Notes under the pieces: generated by a model
Told to the model about the DNA's origin: nothing
Databases searched by the model: none
The model's input: only the letters and a program-made list of their open reading frames with translations
Source of the DNA: Dictyostelium discoideum
Lineage: Eukaryota
Assembly (NCBI GenBank): GCA_000004695.1
Contig: CM000151.3
Span: 8,320,001-8,384,000, forward strand
Length of the DNA stretch: 64,000 nucleotides
Direction of reading: 5' to 3'
Shown here: positions 39,557 through 50,754 of the stretch, piece by piece
How positions within the stretch are numbered: position 1 is the first letter of the stretch
Layout of the letters: the number at the start of each line of letters is the position of its first letter
Made by a program: the position numbers and the translations under genes

Positions 39557-42500
39557 TTATGAGTAGTTGGTGTTATATGAGCAGTATGGTATGAAGTGTT
39601 CCGGGATGTTTATGGTCATGAGTTTCGAGTTCCAGTTGTGGCTGAATTTTTCGAGTCTTCTTTTTATTGATGCGGTCCGATTGATTGACTCTCGGTTATC
39701 AGTGCATCTTAGTTCTTGACGTAGTTGTTTTTCTACTATCTTTCTTGTTCTATCCCATTCGGCATCTCTCGCTTTTTTGATTTTATGAATTATTTGGTTC
39801 TCTGTTATTATTGTAGTGTTATCGTTGAATTTTATTTGATTTCTTCTGTACCATATCGATTCCATAATGGCTCCTATCAGATTTGATGAGAATGGTGTGA
39901 GTAGTTTTCCGAGAACTTTTTCGCTCCATGGACCGTGGTAAGTGTTGTTGGAGTCTTTACAGACCTTTTGATAGATTGAGTCGATATTCTGTTTTATTGA
40001 TTTGCATTCGAAGAAGATGTGCATAGACGATTCTTCTTCTTTACATGAGTGGCAATTCTCCCCATGGTGTTTTGGAAGTGCCTTGAGTAGATATCTCCAT
40101 GCTAAGTCTCTTCCTTTGATAGTTGTGATTGATCTGGCTTCTCTAAATGGTAGAATTGGGTGATTAATGTTCTTTTGAATCAGTTTTTGACCTGTTGTTG
40201 GCTGGTGTTTGTTCCATCCCTTGTATTTGATATCCATCATGTTTCTATAGATTACTTTTAATTTTTGTTTGTTTTCGTATTTGGGTTTGACTTGGTTTAG
40301 TTTGAGAGTTATTCGCTCTCTTGGGTGGTGCAACAACTTCCAGGCTTTCCAGCATTTGATATGAATCCTTGATAGTGAGTTTTCTTTTTCCGACTTCCAG
40401 ACTTCCATATGTGGAGGGCAGTTCTGGTCGTCTTTTTCTCTGAGGTATTGTTCGTATATCCATGCTTTCTGGGCATTGGATCTGGTTGCCATATTCCAGA
40501 GTTCCAGGCCTCCAATTTCATAGTCTCTTCTGCTCCTTTCTTTTGAGATAGCCCACCTGTCCCCTTTGAATAACATGTTGGCATTAACGTTCTCCAGTTT
40601 CTTTATGTCATTTATTTCGTTGATGTATAGTTGGAATGTTAGTTGGGACAGGAGGTATGATTTGAGGATTGTGATTCTACCTTTTAGCGTTGATGACACG
40701 CTCGAGTAGCATTTTGTGAGGTTTTCCAGTTTGTTCACCGTATCATCTACTTTGCTTATTACACCTTTGCGGTTGAAGAAAAAGCCAAGATATCTTTCTT
40801 CTTCTTTCGCCCCAATTGTCTTATATTTGGTCTTTATCTTTGGGTTTTTAGTGATGCATACACATTTATTATCGTTTATTTTTGCTGCTGTGGCTTGGCA
40901 AAATTTTATAACTTTCATATCCATTTTATCTGCGTCATCTATGTTACTGGCTAGTGTGACTGTGTCGTCTGCATATTGTCCAATCTTCATCGAATTGTTC
41001 TGATTGAGTTTTATGCCTATTATGGTATTGTCTTTTCTTATTGATGTTGATAAGCATTCACATACTATAGCGAAGAGAGTTGGTGAAATTGGGTCGCCCT
41101 GTTTTGTACCTCTTCCTGCTCTGAAGGATTCAGAGAGTTGTCCATTTACCATGACCCTTATGTTGGTGTTCGTTAACATGCTTAGTATTGTGTTTGTTAT
41201 TTTCCGAGGGAACTTTAGATGGTTTAGAGTCCTTATTAACGCTTTATGAGATATTGAATCGAAGGCTTTTTCGAAGTCATAAAAGGTGATTATCGTGTTT
41301 CTATCACTCTTTTCCATTGCTAAATCCAAAGCTATAATGTTGTTGTGGAGTAGCCTTCCTGGTATAAAACCGTTCTGGTACTTTGAGATTATGTTTGGCA
41401 GGATTTTTAGTATTCTATTGTTGATTATTTTTGAGTAGATTTTGTAGTCTACGTTGAGTAACGTTATTGGTCTTCTGTTTGAGATTTCCAAGACATCCCC
41501 TTTACCTTTGTATATTGATGTAAGGATACCGTTCTTGAATTCTGTTGGAATTTCATTGTTTAAAAAGAAGTTGAATAGTTCTGTGAGGATTGGAATTAGT
41601 TTGTGTTGGTGGATTTTATAGAATGAAGATGTTATTCCATCTTCTCCTGGTGATTTACCTTCTGCTATCTTTTCTATTGCTAGCTTAACCTCATATTCTT
41701 CGATTCTGTCTTCCATCTCTGTTAATTTTTTTTTATCTATTGGTGGGTTCCAGGTGCTTAGAAGTTCTGTATGTGTTTCTTGGTCGCATTCTTTCTCTTT
41801 GAAGAGTGTCTCGTAATATTTTCTGAAGCAATCTGTTATTTCTTTTTGTTCTGTTTCGATTTCTCCATTGGATGGGTTCTTTATTCTGTGAATCTGGGAG
41901 CCCGAGTCTCTTTTTTTAAGAATAGATGTAAGGAGATTTGATGCTATTTCTTTATTGTTGATGTAGTTGATTGAGCTTTTGATCATTCTGTCTATTCTTT
42001 CTTCTTCTTGAAGTATTGTTATTTCGTTCGATATTGTTTCTTTTTCATATTTGTTTTTTGTTTTTGTGTGTTCATTTGCTAGATTTGATAGCGTTTTTTT
42101 TCTCTCTAGTATTCTTTTCTTTTCTGTTGTAATGCATTGTTTTTTTATTTTTTTTTTGAACTTAATCCAGTATTCCGTTATGTTAAGGTTTTTTCTTTTG
42201 GTTTCCTGGTAGTGGTCGATTATTTTTTCTATCTTTTTTATTGTTTTATCTTCTTTAATTATTATTGAGTTCATTTTCCATAGGGGTGATTTGTATATTT
42301 TTGTGAAATTTGGTATTTTGAAATCCATCACTACTATGTTATGGTCTGATTTGTTTATTTTATCTATTATCTTGTACGAGTGATTGAGTTGGTGCATCTT
42401 TGTTGATAAGAATGTTCTATCGATTAGTTTATCTTTGAAGGTTGTTTTAGTTGTTGAATTTGGTAGTATTTCGGTGAGTCCTACTTCCATCATTAGGAAT

Positions 42501-42988
42501 TCTATTGTTTCATTTTCTGTGAATTTTCTCTTATCGGATGATCCATCTTTGAACTTGATTTTTGCATATTTGTTGATGTTAAAGTCACCAGTAACTATGT
42601 CTGCCTGTTCTAGATCTTCAAGGGAAATATTGTTTGAAAACCATCCTTTTCTTCTGTCATATGAGGCTGGTGCATAGATGCAAATTATGTTGATTTCCAT
42701 ATTGTTTAGAATTGCAGTAAATTTTAAGATTCTGCCTTCTTTTTCTTCCAAGTTTTTAATTTCTATTTGTTCTAGGTGATTTATTGCCATTACTCCTTTT
42801 CCTCTTGCTTCTTTTCCTTTTCCTCCTGTTGAGTAATGGTTTTTGATTTGCGCTAGATTTTGATCCTTTTTTAGATTTGTTTCTGTTAGTATTGATATAT
42901 CAGGTTTTATTAGGTTAATTGTATTTTTTGTCTGATTCATGCTTTTGATTGTTGAGCAACCTTGGCAATTCCAGGTCATTATTTTTAT

Positions 42989-42991
<3 letters not shown>
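39557..42991 (-). CDS. TRE5-type ORF2: apurinic-like endonuclease, reverse transcriptase and a C-terminal Cys-rich domain
   Basis: 1144-aa uninterrupted ORF. MIKIMTWNCQGC… is the EEP endonuclease start. RT motifs are ITLLNVDYKIYSKI, FYDFEKAFDSISH and YADDTV. The C-terminus has HHGENCHSCKEEESSMHIFFECK. Codon usage is less AT-biased than host genes. Confidence 0.85.
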
Positions 42992-43037
<46 letters not shown>

Positions 43038-43052
43038 TTTTTTTTTTTTTTT

Positions 43053-43090
<38 letters not shown>

Positions 43091-43096
<6 letters not shown>

Positions 43097-44446
43097 AAAT
43101 GAGACAGATGGAAGTATGTCTTGGAGTACTTTGGGCAATTTGTCTCTTAGTGCTGCTTCCATTAGATCTGATTCTTCCTTTGTTATTTTAGTTGGAGTTT
43201 TGTAAGGTGTTGATATTTCTTGGTGATTAGTTGTTGGGTTTGGAGATGAGTTGGATCTTTTTCTTTTTACTGTCTCTGGGGTTGCTGGAGATTCTGGATT
43301 TTGGATAGGTGACATTGTTTGTCTTTTTTTGATTGAGGCTAACCTTGGGGTTTCCTTCTTTTTTTGGTTATTTATTTTTTCTTCAAACATTCTGTTCTCT
43401 TCTTCATTTTCGAACATCTTTCTTACCACTTCTAATGCTTCTTCATCTTCAGTTAACTCCATTTTCCTTTTCTCTTTGCTGTCAACACTATATGTTACTG
43501 TTATTGGTGGGACACGAAGTACTTTTCTCTTTTCAATGTTGTTTATTGTGTTTGTCGTTTCTGTCGTTGTAGTTGCTCTAATTGTTGTGGGTTTTTTATT
43601 TTCAATTTCGTTTTCCTTTACTTTTTCGTTTTTGCTCTTGTCTTTGATGTTGTCATTTTTGATTTCTTTATTATTTTCTTTTCTGTTTTCTATTTTGTTT
43701 TTGTTGTTATTTTTTGATTCGCTAGTGTTTTTATGATTGGATTCTTCTTTTGATTTTATGTTTATTCTTGTGTTTTCCTTTATCTCGGGGTTTGGTAGTT
43801 CCGTGATTTTTGAATTTTCTGAGATTTCGTCTTCGATTTCCTTATTTGTTTTTCTTTGATTTTTTGTTTCTTCTGTTGTAGTGAGGAATAGTATTGTTAT
43901 GTGTTTACAATGTATTAGCTGGTCTTTGTGCTCTGGACTGATAATTGAGTTGAATGAGTGTATTATCAGGTTTTCACCTAAATTATCTAATTTGATTATT
44001 TCCAGTCCTTCTTCATGCAATGTTTTTTCTACTATGTCCATTGATTTTTCCCAGTTGAATGTTTTGAAGATCTTTTTTGGTTTTATTATTGCTCTGTGAA
44101 CTCCTTTTAGTACTCCGTTGAAAACGTTAGAGTACTTGATTACTTGAGTTCTGCAGTCAGTTAGGATTTTGAATTTATTCTTACTTATTATTATCTTATC
44201 ATCTCCTTGTAAATGAATTTCCAATTCTGCTTTTAAGTTGTTGGAAATCTCATCTGGGATATTGATCATGAATTTATATTGTTTTAGTTCAATTTGAGTG
44301 TGGTATATTGCTTCGCTTATTTTATCAAGTGTTCTGTACGTATTTTTTAAATATTTGAACTTTGTTCTGAGTTCATTTGATTTCTTGATTTTATCTGCCA
44401 ATGTTTCTGTTGATTCTGTCATTATTGTATTTGCCAATTTATTCAT
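43091..44446 (-). CDS. TRE5-type ORF1 (451 aa, basic, K/E-rich)
   Basis: Intact ORF immediately 5' of ORF2 on the same strand. The two are separated by about 99 nt that are almost pure A on the minus strand. Confidence 0.7.
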
Positions 44447-44524
44447 TTCTTTTTTTTTCTTTAAAATCTTTATTCGACTTTAAAAATTTAAAATTCTGGA
44501 AATTCCCTGAAAGAATGTTTTCGG

Positions 44525-44588
<64 letters not shown>

Positions 44589-44591
<3 letters not shown>

Positions 44592-44864
44592 TCTTTTTTT
44601 TATATGAAAAATGAAATAATCAAATAAAAAAAGTGTTGTTGTTGATGTTTTTTCTCTTACTGATTATTTTTTCCTTTTTTTTTCAATTTTGCTTCGCAAA
44701 ATTTTCAAAAAAAAGAAAAAAATAAATTACAATAAAATAAAGAAATAAAGTAGTTTACTCTAAGTGTATTTTATTTTATTTTTTTTAAGTCTTTTTTTTA
44801 TATGAAAAATGAAATAATCAAATAAAAAAAGTTGTTGTTGATGTTTTTTCTCTTACTCATTAAT
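44589..44864 (-). repeat. Direct repeats at the retroelement 5' terminus: two ~78-bp copies (44589..44667 and 44787..44864) spaced 198 bp apart
   Basis: The two copies of AAGTCTTTTTTTTATATGAAAAATGAAATAATCAAATAAAAAAAGT(G)TTGTTGTTGATGTTTTTTCTCTTACT… differ by a 1-bp indel and 2 substitutions. The spacing fits tandem A-module units of about 200 bp. Confidence 0.6.
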
Positions 44865-44903
44865 ATTGTAAAATCACGTATAAATATTTAAAATATCATC
44901 AAA

Positions 44904-44976
44904 GGGGATGTAGCTCAGATGGTAGAGCGCTCGCTTAGCATGCGAGAGGTAAAGGGATCGATACCCTTCTTCTCCA
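44904..44976 (+). tRNA. tRNA-Ala (anticodon AGC)
   Basis: A 73-nt cloverleaf by hand. Acceptor GGGGATG with the G3:U70 Ala identity pair. D-arm GCTCAGATGGTAGAGC (A box). Anticodon stem CTCGC/GCGAG with loop TTAGCAT. T-arm AAGGG-ATCGATA-CCCTT (B box). Near-identical to human tRNA-Ala-AGC. Followed by TTTTT. Confidence 0.85.
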
Positions 44977-44982
44977 TTTTTC
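44977..44982 (+). terminator. RNA polymerase III terminator (T5) directly after the tRNA
   Basis: TTTTT immediately 3' of the discriminator base. Confidence 0.5.
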
Positions 44983-45005
44983 CTTGGGAAATCAAATAAG
45001 ATCGC

Positions 45006-45023
45006 ATGTTCAATTCCTATCCT
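45006..45023 (+). promoter_or_regulatory. External B-box-like element (GTTCAATTCC) about 30 bp downstream of tRNA-Ala
   Basis: Two mismatches to the B-box consensus GGTTCGAATCC. It is positioned like the Dictyostelium exB box that flanks tRNA genes and is associated with TRE3 targeting. Confidence 0.3.
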
Positions 45024-45099
45024 TTTGGAGTCTCTTAACAAAAAACATAGATATATTTCTTAGAGATTTATTAATACTTCTAAAGGTATTCATTTCCAC

Positions 45100-45942
45100 T
45101 CAGCTATAATCAACTCTTCAACAACATACTGAAGATAAAAGACCCTAAAACAAGAGACACAATGTTTAGATTCCATGCCAGATGCCTTCCAATAAACTAC
45201 CTTCACAACAAACAATGCCCACTCTGCAAAGAAGATATGAGCAAAGACCCATACGGTCACCTGTTCTTCTCATGCAAGAAAACAAAACAATTCATAAAAA
45301 TAAATAAACTCAAAAATTTCATCTATATTACCACAGGCAAAGGTAAAAACTGGCACCATACAAGAATTAGGCAAAATAACAATTTCATTAATAGAATAAC
45401 TCCAAAATTATCACCGACAGCCAAAAAAGATCAAGAAGTGAATGCAGATTACGCCAACCACAGATTCCACAAAGAATACTTTGAATGGAACTATAAAGCA
45501 ATAGACTATGATCTAACCAGATCATTCGCATATAGAAACCTAATGGCCCTTATCCTCCACAACATTTGGATTTGGATTTGCAATCAAATATACAGTGAAG
45601 ATCCTTTAACAGATGAATCACTATCATACAGCTCCCTTCTAAAGAAATGGCACAAATTGGCCACTCTAGAATACATCAAAAAAGCAAAAGATCTGAAAAA
45701 CTTATCAGCAAAAGACCATAATAACTTCAAAGATCCTAAGATCCTTCTCACTTCAACGATCAAGCTAAGAAAAACAACAGCTAATTACTATTGTATTCCA
45801 GAATCATCTCTCCCAAATATTATATCTTTTGATCAATTCATATGATTAAAATAACCCTTCAGCTTAAATGATAAGCCTTTAAATAAATATTAAATAAAAC
45901 TCGTATTAACACAGATGGACATATATCAATCTTGTTAATCCA

Positions 45943-45982
<40 letters not shown>
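45100..45982 (+). mobile_element. 5'-truncated TRE3-like non-LTR retrotransposon fragment (ORF2 C-terminal part, 3'UTR and poly(A)) flanked by a 12-bp target-site duplication
   Basis: TATTCATTTCCA occurs at 45088..45099 and again at 45983..45994 immediately after the A-run of about 36. The insertion point is about 123 bp downstream of the tRNA 3' end. Internal sequence is non-AT-rich. Confidence 0.55.
45162..45845 (+). pseudogene. Truncated retrotransposon ORF2 C-terminal fragment (227 codons)
   Basis: HNKQCPLCKEDMSKDPYGHLFFSCKKTKQF parallels the Cys motif HHGENCHSCKEEESSMHIFFECKSIKQN of the neighbouring TRE5 ORF2. No RT or endonuclease part is present. Confidence 0.5.
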
Positions 45983-45984
<2 letters not shown>

Positions 45985-46190
45985 TCATTTCCAGATTTGA
46001 TTACGGACACATGAAACACCTAATATCAGAAAGAAAATTGCAAATAAAATCATACCAATTATACCCTCCTATATAATTTCATAAACTCCATTGTTTCGTT
46101 AATTAATTGAATAATAAAATCAAAATTAGATTTAAATGGTATTTAAAGTTTTAACAATTCTATTTATTTATTTTATTTATAATTTATTTA

Positions 46191-46240
<50 letters not shown>

Positions 46241-46248
46241 TTTATTGT

Positions 46249-46726
46249 TTATTGTTTAAAACCTAAAAGGAAACCACTACCAAAACCAACTTTAAATGGT
46301 AAATTACTAGTTAATAAATTATAAAAGGAACGAATGTATTGACGTCTTTTTTCTTTTGTGAATTTTGGTGAATGTTCTTCACTAACTTTATCCCATTTAA
46401 CAACGATATAACCTTTTGAAGATAATAATTGAACTACAATGAAAATGGCACCAACGAAAACTAATACCATTGTACCAATCTTTCTAGTGGCAATACCACA
46501 ACAATATCCTAATGCACCACCCATTGTTGTAACACCTGCAACTTTTTGAATCTTTTGTGTTGTTGTTGGAACATTTTTAATTTCAACATGATGTGTAACA
46601 ACTGTTGCATCTTTATCTTTATTAATTGTATCACATGATACTGTTGTTGCTGTTAATCCACTTAAAATTGTAAATCCACTTATTAAAACTCCTGGTAATA
46701 AAAATTTATTATTATTTTCATTTTGA

Positions 46727-46758
<32 letters not shown>

Positions 46759-46937
46759 TTTTTCATAATCATTTTTAAAATTATTATTATTAATACAGCT
46801 AATACTACCAAAAAATGATTTATTTATTTGGTTAATATTATTTTTAAATAATAAACTTGAATTTAATTTCAATAATCCTAAAAAAAATAAAAAAATAAAA
46901 AAATAAAAGAAATTAATATTTTATTTAAATTTGTACA

Positions 46938-46969
<32 letters not shown>

Positions 46970-47026
46970 ATTACCATTATTATTTAAAACCATAGTTTTT
47001 TGTAAAAATTTTGAAGTGTTAAACAT
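46249..47026 (-). CDS. FUN14 domain-containing membrane protein. Exons 46975..47026 and 46249..46877.
   Basis: The main ORF lacks an ATG (its first codon is TTG). An upstream mini-exon MFNTSKFLQKTMVLNNN-g with donor AATG|GTAATAAT and acceptor TTTTTTTAG (phase 1, 97-bp intron with a T-run) joins in frame to …GLLKLNSSLLF…. The FUN14 core is VAGVTTMGGALGYCCGIATRKIGTMVLVFVGAIFIVVQLL…KGYIVVKWDKV. Confidence 0.6.
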
Positions 47027-47168
47027 TTTATTATTTGTGAATATTTAATTTTGAACTAAACAAAGGAAAAAAAATGAAAAAAAATAAAAAATAGAATTAT
47101 GTATTGTCTTTTTTAAAATGTGCGAATTATATTACAAAAATAGATAAAACTAAAAATTGATAAAATTT

Positions 47169-47204
<36 letters not shown>

Positions 47205-47481
47205 AAAAAAATAAAATTAAATCCAATGAAGTTCACAAATTTAATTTTTTCTTAATTGTTTTATTCTTTTAAAATGAATTGTTTTTTTTTAATTGTTTTA
47301 TTCTTTTAAATAACAATTATTAAATTTTTTTTTTTTTTTTTTTTAATTCTAAAATAAACTATTTTTTTTTTATTTTGTTATTTTTTTTTGGAGTTAAAAT
47401 AAAATAAAAATTTAAAAATAGTATTAAATTAAAATTTAATAATGAATTAAAATTGAATATTAATAAAAAAATGGTACAGAT

Positions 47482-47520
<39 letters not shown>

Positions 47521-47612
47521 AAGATAACATTTGATGAAATCTTATATTTCTTATAAAATGATGCTGCTTTTTTTTTTTTTTTTTTTTTTAGTTTTTTTTT
47601 TTTTTGATATTT

Positions 47613-47645
<33 letters not shown>

Positions 47646-47689
47646 TTTCATTAAAAGTATAAATTAAGTTTAACAACTTTAAAAAAAAA

Positions 47690-48775
47690 ATGACTAGCAG
47701 AACAAAGAAATTAAAAATGGATGAAGAAGAAATTTTAAAAAAAGAAGATGGTAGTGAAACAACATCTGAAGAGGAAAAAGAAGAAGTAGAGGAGGAAGAA
47801 GAAGAAGATAAAAAGAGAAAACTAGTTAAAAAAACACCTGCAAAGAAAGCACCTGCAAAAAAAGCTGCTGCAAAGAAAAAGAGTAAAGATGAAGATGAAG
47901 ATGAAGAAGAAAAAGAAGAAGAAGAAGAAACAAACAAAACAACAGCATCAGTATCAATTGCAATAGATAATTTAGATGAACCAAAAGTTGAAGAAAACCA
48001 AATGAAAATTATTTCATGGAATGTTGCAGGATTTAAATCAGTATTGAGTAAAGGATTTACAGAGTATGTTGAAAAGGAGAATCCAGATGTATTATGTTTA
48101 CAAGAGACAAAGATTAATCCATCCAATATAAAGAAGGATCAAATGCCAAAAGGATATGAATATCATTTCATTGAAGCCGATCAGAAAGGTCATCATGGCA
48201 CTGGGGTTTTGACAAAGAAGAAACCAAATGCCATCACATTTGGCATTGGTATTGCTAAACATGATAACGAAGGACGTGTAATTACATTAGAGTATGACCA
48301 ATTCTATATTGTCAATACCTACATCCCAAACGCAGGCACAAGGGGATTACAACGTTTAGATTACCGTATTAAGGAATGGGATGTTGATTTCCAAGCTTAC
48401 TTAGAGAAATTAAATGCTACCAAACCAATCATTTGGTGTGGTGATTTAAATGTTGCTCATACTGAAATCGATTTAAAGAATCCAAAAACTAATAAAAAAT
48501 CAGCTGGTTTCACAATCGAAGAGAGAACAAGTTTTTCAAATTTCTTAGAGAAAGGTTATGTTGATAGCTATAGACATTTCAATCCTGGTAAAGAAGGTTC
48601 TTACACTTTTTGGTCTTATTTAGGTGGTGGTAGATCAAAGAATGTAGGTTGGAGATTAGATTATTTCGTTGTATCAAAAAGATTAATGGATTCTATTAAA
48701 ATTTCACCTTTCCATAGAACAAGTGTTATGGGTTCTGATCATTGTCCAATTGGTGTTGTAGTTGATTTAAATTAA
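47690..48775 (+). CDS. apeA: AP (apurinic/apyrimidinic) endonuclease, ExoIII/APE1 family, with a Lys/Glu-rich N-terminal extension
   Basis: MKIISWNVAGF…LCLQETK (the conserved N-terminal catalytic Glu), …TYIPNAG…, WCGDLNVAHTEIDL, and WRLDYFVVS…GSDHCPI (the C-terminal catalytic His). Single exon. Confidence 0.85.
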   Translation: MTSRTKKLKMDEEEILKKEDGSETTSEEEKEEVEEEEEEDKKRKLVKKTPAKKAPAKKAAAKKKSKDEDEDEEEKEEEEETNKTTASVSIAIDNLDEPKVEENQMKIISWNVAGFKSVLSKGFTEYVEKENPDVLCLQETKINPSNIKKDQMPKGYEYHFIEADQKGHHGTGVLTKKKPNAITFGIGIAKHDNEGRVITLEYDQFYIVNTYIPNAGTRGLQRLDYRIKEWDVDFQAYLEKLNATKPIIWCGDLNVAHTEIDLKNPKTNKKSAGFTIEERTSFSNFLEKGYVDSYRHFNPGKEGSYTFWSYLGGGRSKNVGWRLDYFVVSKRLMDSIKISPFHRTSVMGSDHCPIGVVVDLN

Positions 48776-49130
48776 AAAAAAAAAAAACAAAATAAAAAAA
48801 AACTATTTATAATAATAATAAAAAAAAAAAATAAATAAATAAAAAAAAGTGTATTATTCATTATAATAATTTTAAAGTTTAATTTTATTATTTTATTTTA
48901 TTTTTGTTAATTAATAAAAATAAAATAAAATAAAATAATAATTATAATAAAAAAAATTAGTTTAATTAAAATAAACCAAAATAAAAAAATAATTATAATT
49001 ATAAAATATAACCCCCTTTGATCAATATGTTTTCGTTTAAAAACCAGTCAAACAAAAGTTATCAAAATAATAAATTAAATTTAATGAAATTTCAAAATGG
49101 ACTAAGTATTACAAACAAAAAAAAAAATAA

Positions 49131-49164
<34 letters not shown>

Positions 49165-49438
49165 ACCGTTTTTACCAGTGCAAACGGAAAACAAGTTCTT
49201 GTTTTTTTCGAACCAAGGTGTCGGTTATCCTGGTTAAGTTTTAATTTATTTATTTTTATTAAAAGAAAGAAGTAAATAAAAAAAAAAAAAAAATATAAAT
49301 AGCTAATTTTTTTTTTTTTTATTCAATATTGAAAAATAAATAAATAAATTAAATATAAAAAAATAATAATAGAAAAAATATAAAATCGTCAACTATTATT
49401 TAAATAATAAACACATATATAAATAGATAAATAAAAGA

Positions 49439-50123
49439 ATGAGATTATTTTTATTATTATTATCAATTTTAACAATTTCAACTACAACTGTGAATGCATT
49501 GACTTGTGAATTATGTCAATTCTCAGTTAAAGCAGCTGAAGATTTAGTTACACAAAATTTCACACAAAGTCAAATTATTCCTTATTTAGATTCCGCTTGT
49601 TCACTATTACCAAATCAATGGGCTAGTAATTGTGAAATTATTGTAAATACCTATGGTTTATCAATGATTAAATTAGTATTAGAAAATGAAACACCAGAAG
49701 TTGCTTGTACTCAATTAGGTCTTTGTGGGTCAAATTCATTCTTTACAGAAACTAAAAAAGAAACTTTAGGAAAATGGCATTGGAATAAACACCATTTAAA
49801 TCCAATCAAGAAATTAGAATGTAGTGCTTGTCATTTTGCTGTTGGTAAAGCTGAAAATGTTGTAAATAAAGATATTAATACCGCAAGAGCATATGTTGAT
49901 GGCCAATGTGATACTTTTGCAATTAAAGAAGCTATTCATATTTGTAAAAGAGTAAGTTAACAATATTTTTTTTTAAAAAAAAAACAAATAGTAATATGTT
50001 AAATAAAAATTTATTAACTTTTTTTTTTAACTTTTATTATTAGATTGTTGATAAAGAAATTGGAAGAATTATTACTGAATTAAAGAACCATGAAAGTAAA
50101 GAAACCGTTTGTAAACATATTCA
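49439..50123 (+). CDS. Secreted saposin-like (amoebapore-like) protein. Exons 49439..49951 and 50034..50123.
   Basis: A signal peptide, then two SapB-like Cys patterns (CELCQF…C…C…C and CSACHF…C…C). Donor AGA|GTAAGT and acceptor TTATTAG (phase 0) add …IVDKEIGRIITELKNHESKETVCKHIHMC. Confidence 0.55.
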
Positions 50124-50231
50124 TATGTGTTAAAACTACTTTAATTGTATATATATATAAAAAATAAATTATTTAAATAATTTTAAAATTGTAATTTTTT
50201 TATTTTTATTTTTTTATTTTTATTATTATTA

Positions 50232-50653
50232 TTATTTTCTTAAAAATAAAAGTTTATAATCCTCAATTGAAATTAAATTAAAATTATTTGAATTAATTAA
50301 TGATAATTTAAAACCTTGAAAATAAAAATAAAGTGTTAATTTAAATTTTGAAATTGAATTACAATTTGAAATATAATTTAAAATTGTATTTGTATTATCT
50401 AATTGTGGTGAATTTTCTGAAATAATTAAAGAAATATAATCAATTGATGAATTGAAATTAATCGATTCTAAAATTTGTTGATAATCTTGAAAATTTAATG
50501 ATTGATTAAAATTAATAGTTGATAAATTTTTATTACCTTTAATGAAATCACAAAAGAATGGTACTAATTCATTTGAACAATTATTAATTTCAATAATATT
50601 AATTTGACAATTGTTATTATTTTTATTTAATTGACAATAATCTTGAAATGAGT
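50232..50653 (-). CDS. 3'-terminal fragment of a minus-strand gene truncated by the assembly gap (140 codons, N/I/S-rich)
   Basis: A stop-free frame of 140 codons in 80% AT DNA ending at TAA (50232). It reads …CQLNKNNNNCQINIIEINNCSNELVPFFCDFIKGNKNLSTINF…LRK*. There is no in-frame start, so the gene continues into the N-run. Confidence 0.3.
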
Positions 50654-50753
50654 NNNNNNNNNNNNNNNNNNNNNNNNNNNNNNNNNNNNNNNNNNNNNNN
50701 NNNNNNNNNNNNNNNNNNNNNNNNNNNNNNNNNNNNNNNNNNNNNNNNNNNNN
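50654..50753. other. Assembly gap (100 N)
   Basis: An N-run of exactly 100, which is the conventional unknown-length gap. Confidence 0.95.
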
Positions 50754-50754
50754 A

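Larger units (their letters stand above)
39529..44864 (-). mobile_element. Full-length TRE5-A (DRE)-type tRNA-gene-targeted non-LTR retrotransposon. Its 5' end lies about 40 bp upstream of tRNA-Ala.
   Basis: It has ORF1 and ORF2 (L1-like APE endonuclease N-terminus, RT with YADD, C-terminal CCHC/HFFEC Cys motif). A poly(A) of 24 follows the ORF2 stop. It sits head-to-head with the tRNA gene at the 48-bp distance characteristic of TRE5. The 3' boundary is ambiguous and could extend to 39361. Confidence 0.75.

Noticed and set aside
43251-44607. Several plus-strand ORFs of 60-160 aa (F/L/S-rich) inside the retrotransposon
   Set aside because: Antisense to the intact ORF1 and T-run translations. 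The ORF1/ORF2 frames explain the region.
45985-46130. Non-AT-rich segment after the TRE3 fragment's poly(A), possibly another transposon fragment
   Set aside because: It begins with the TSD copy and then continues as ordinary flanking DNA. I could not recognise any ORF or terminal structure.
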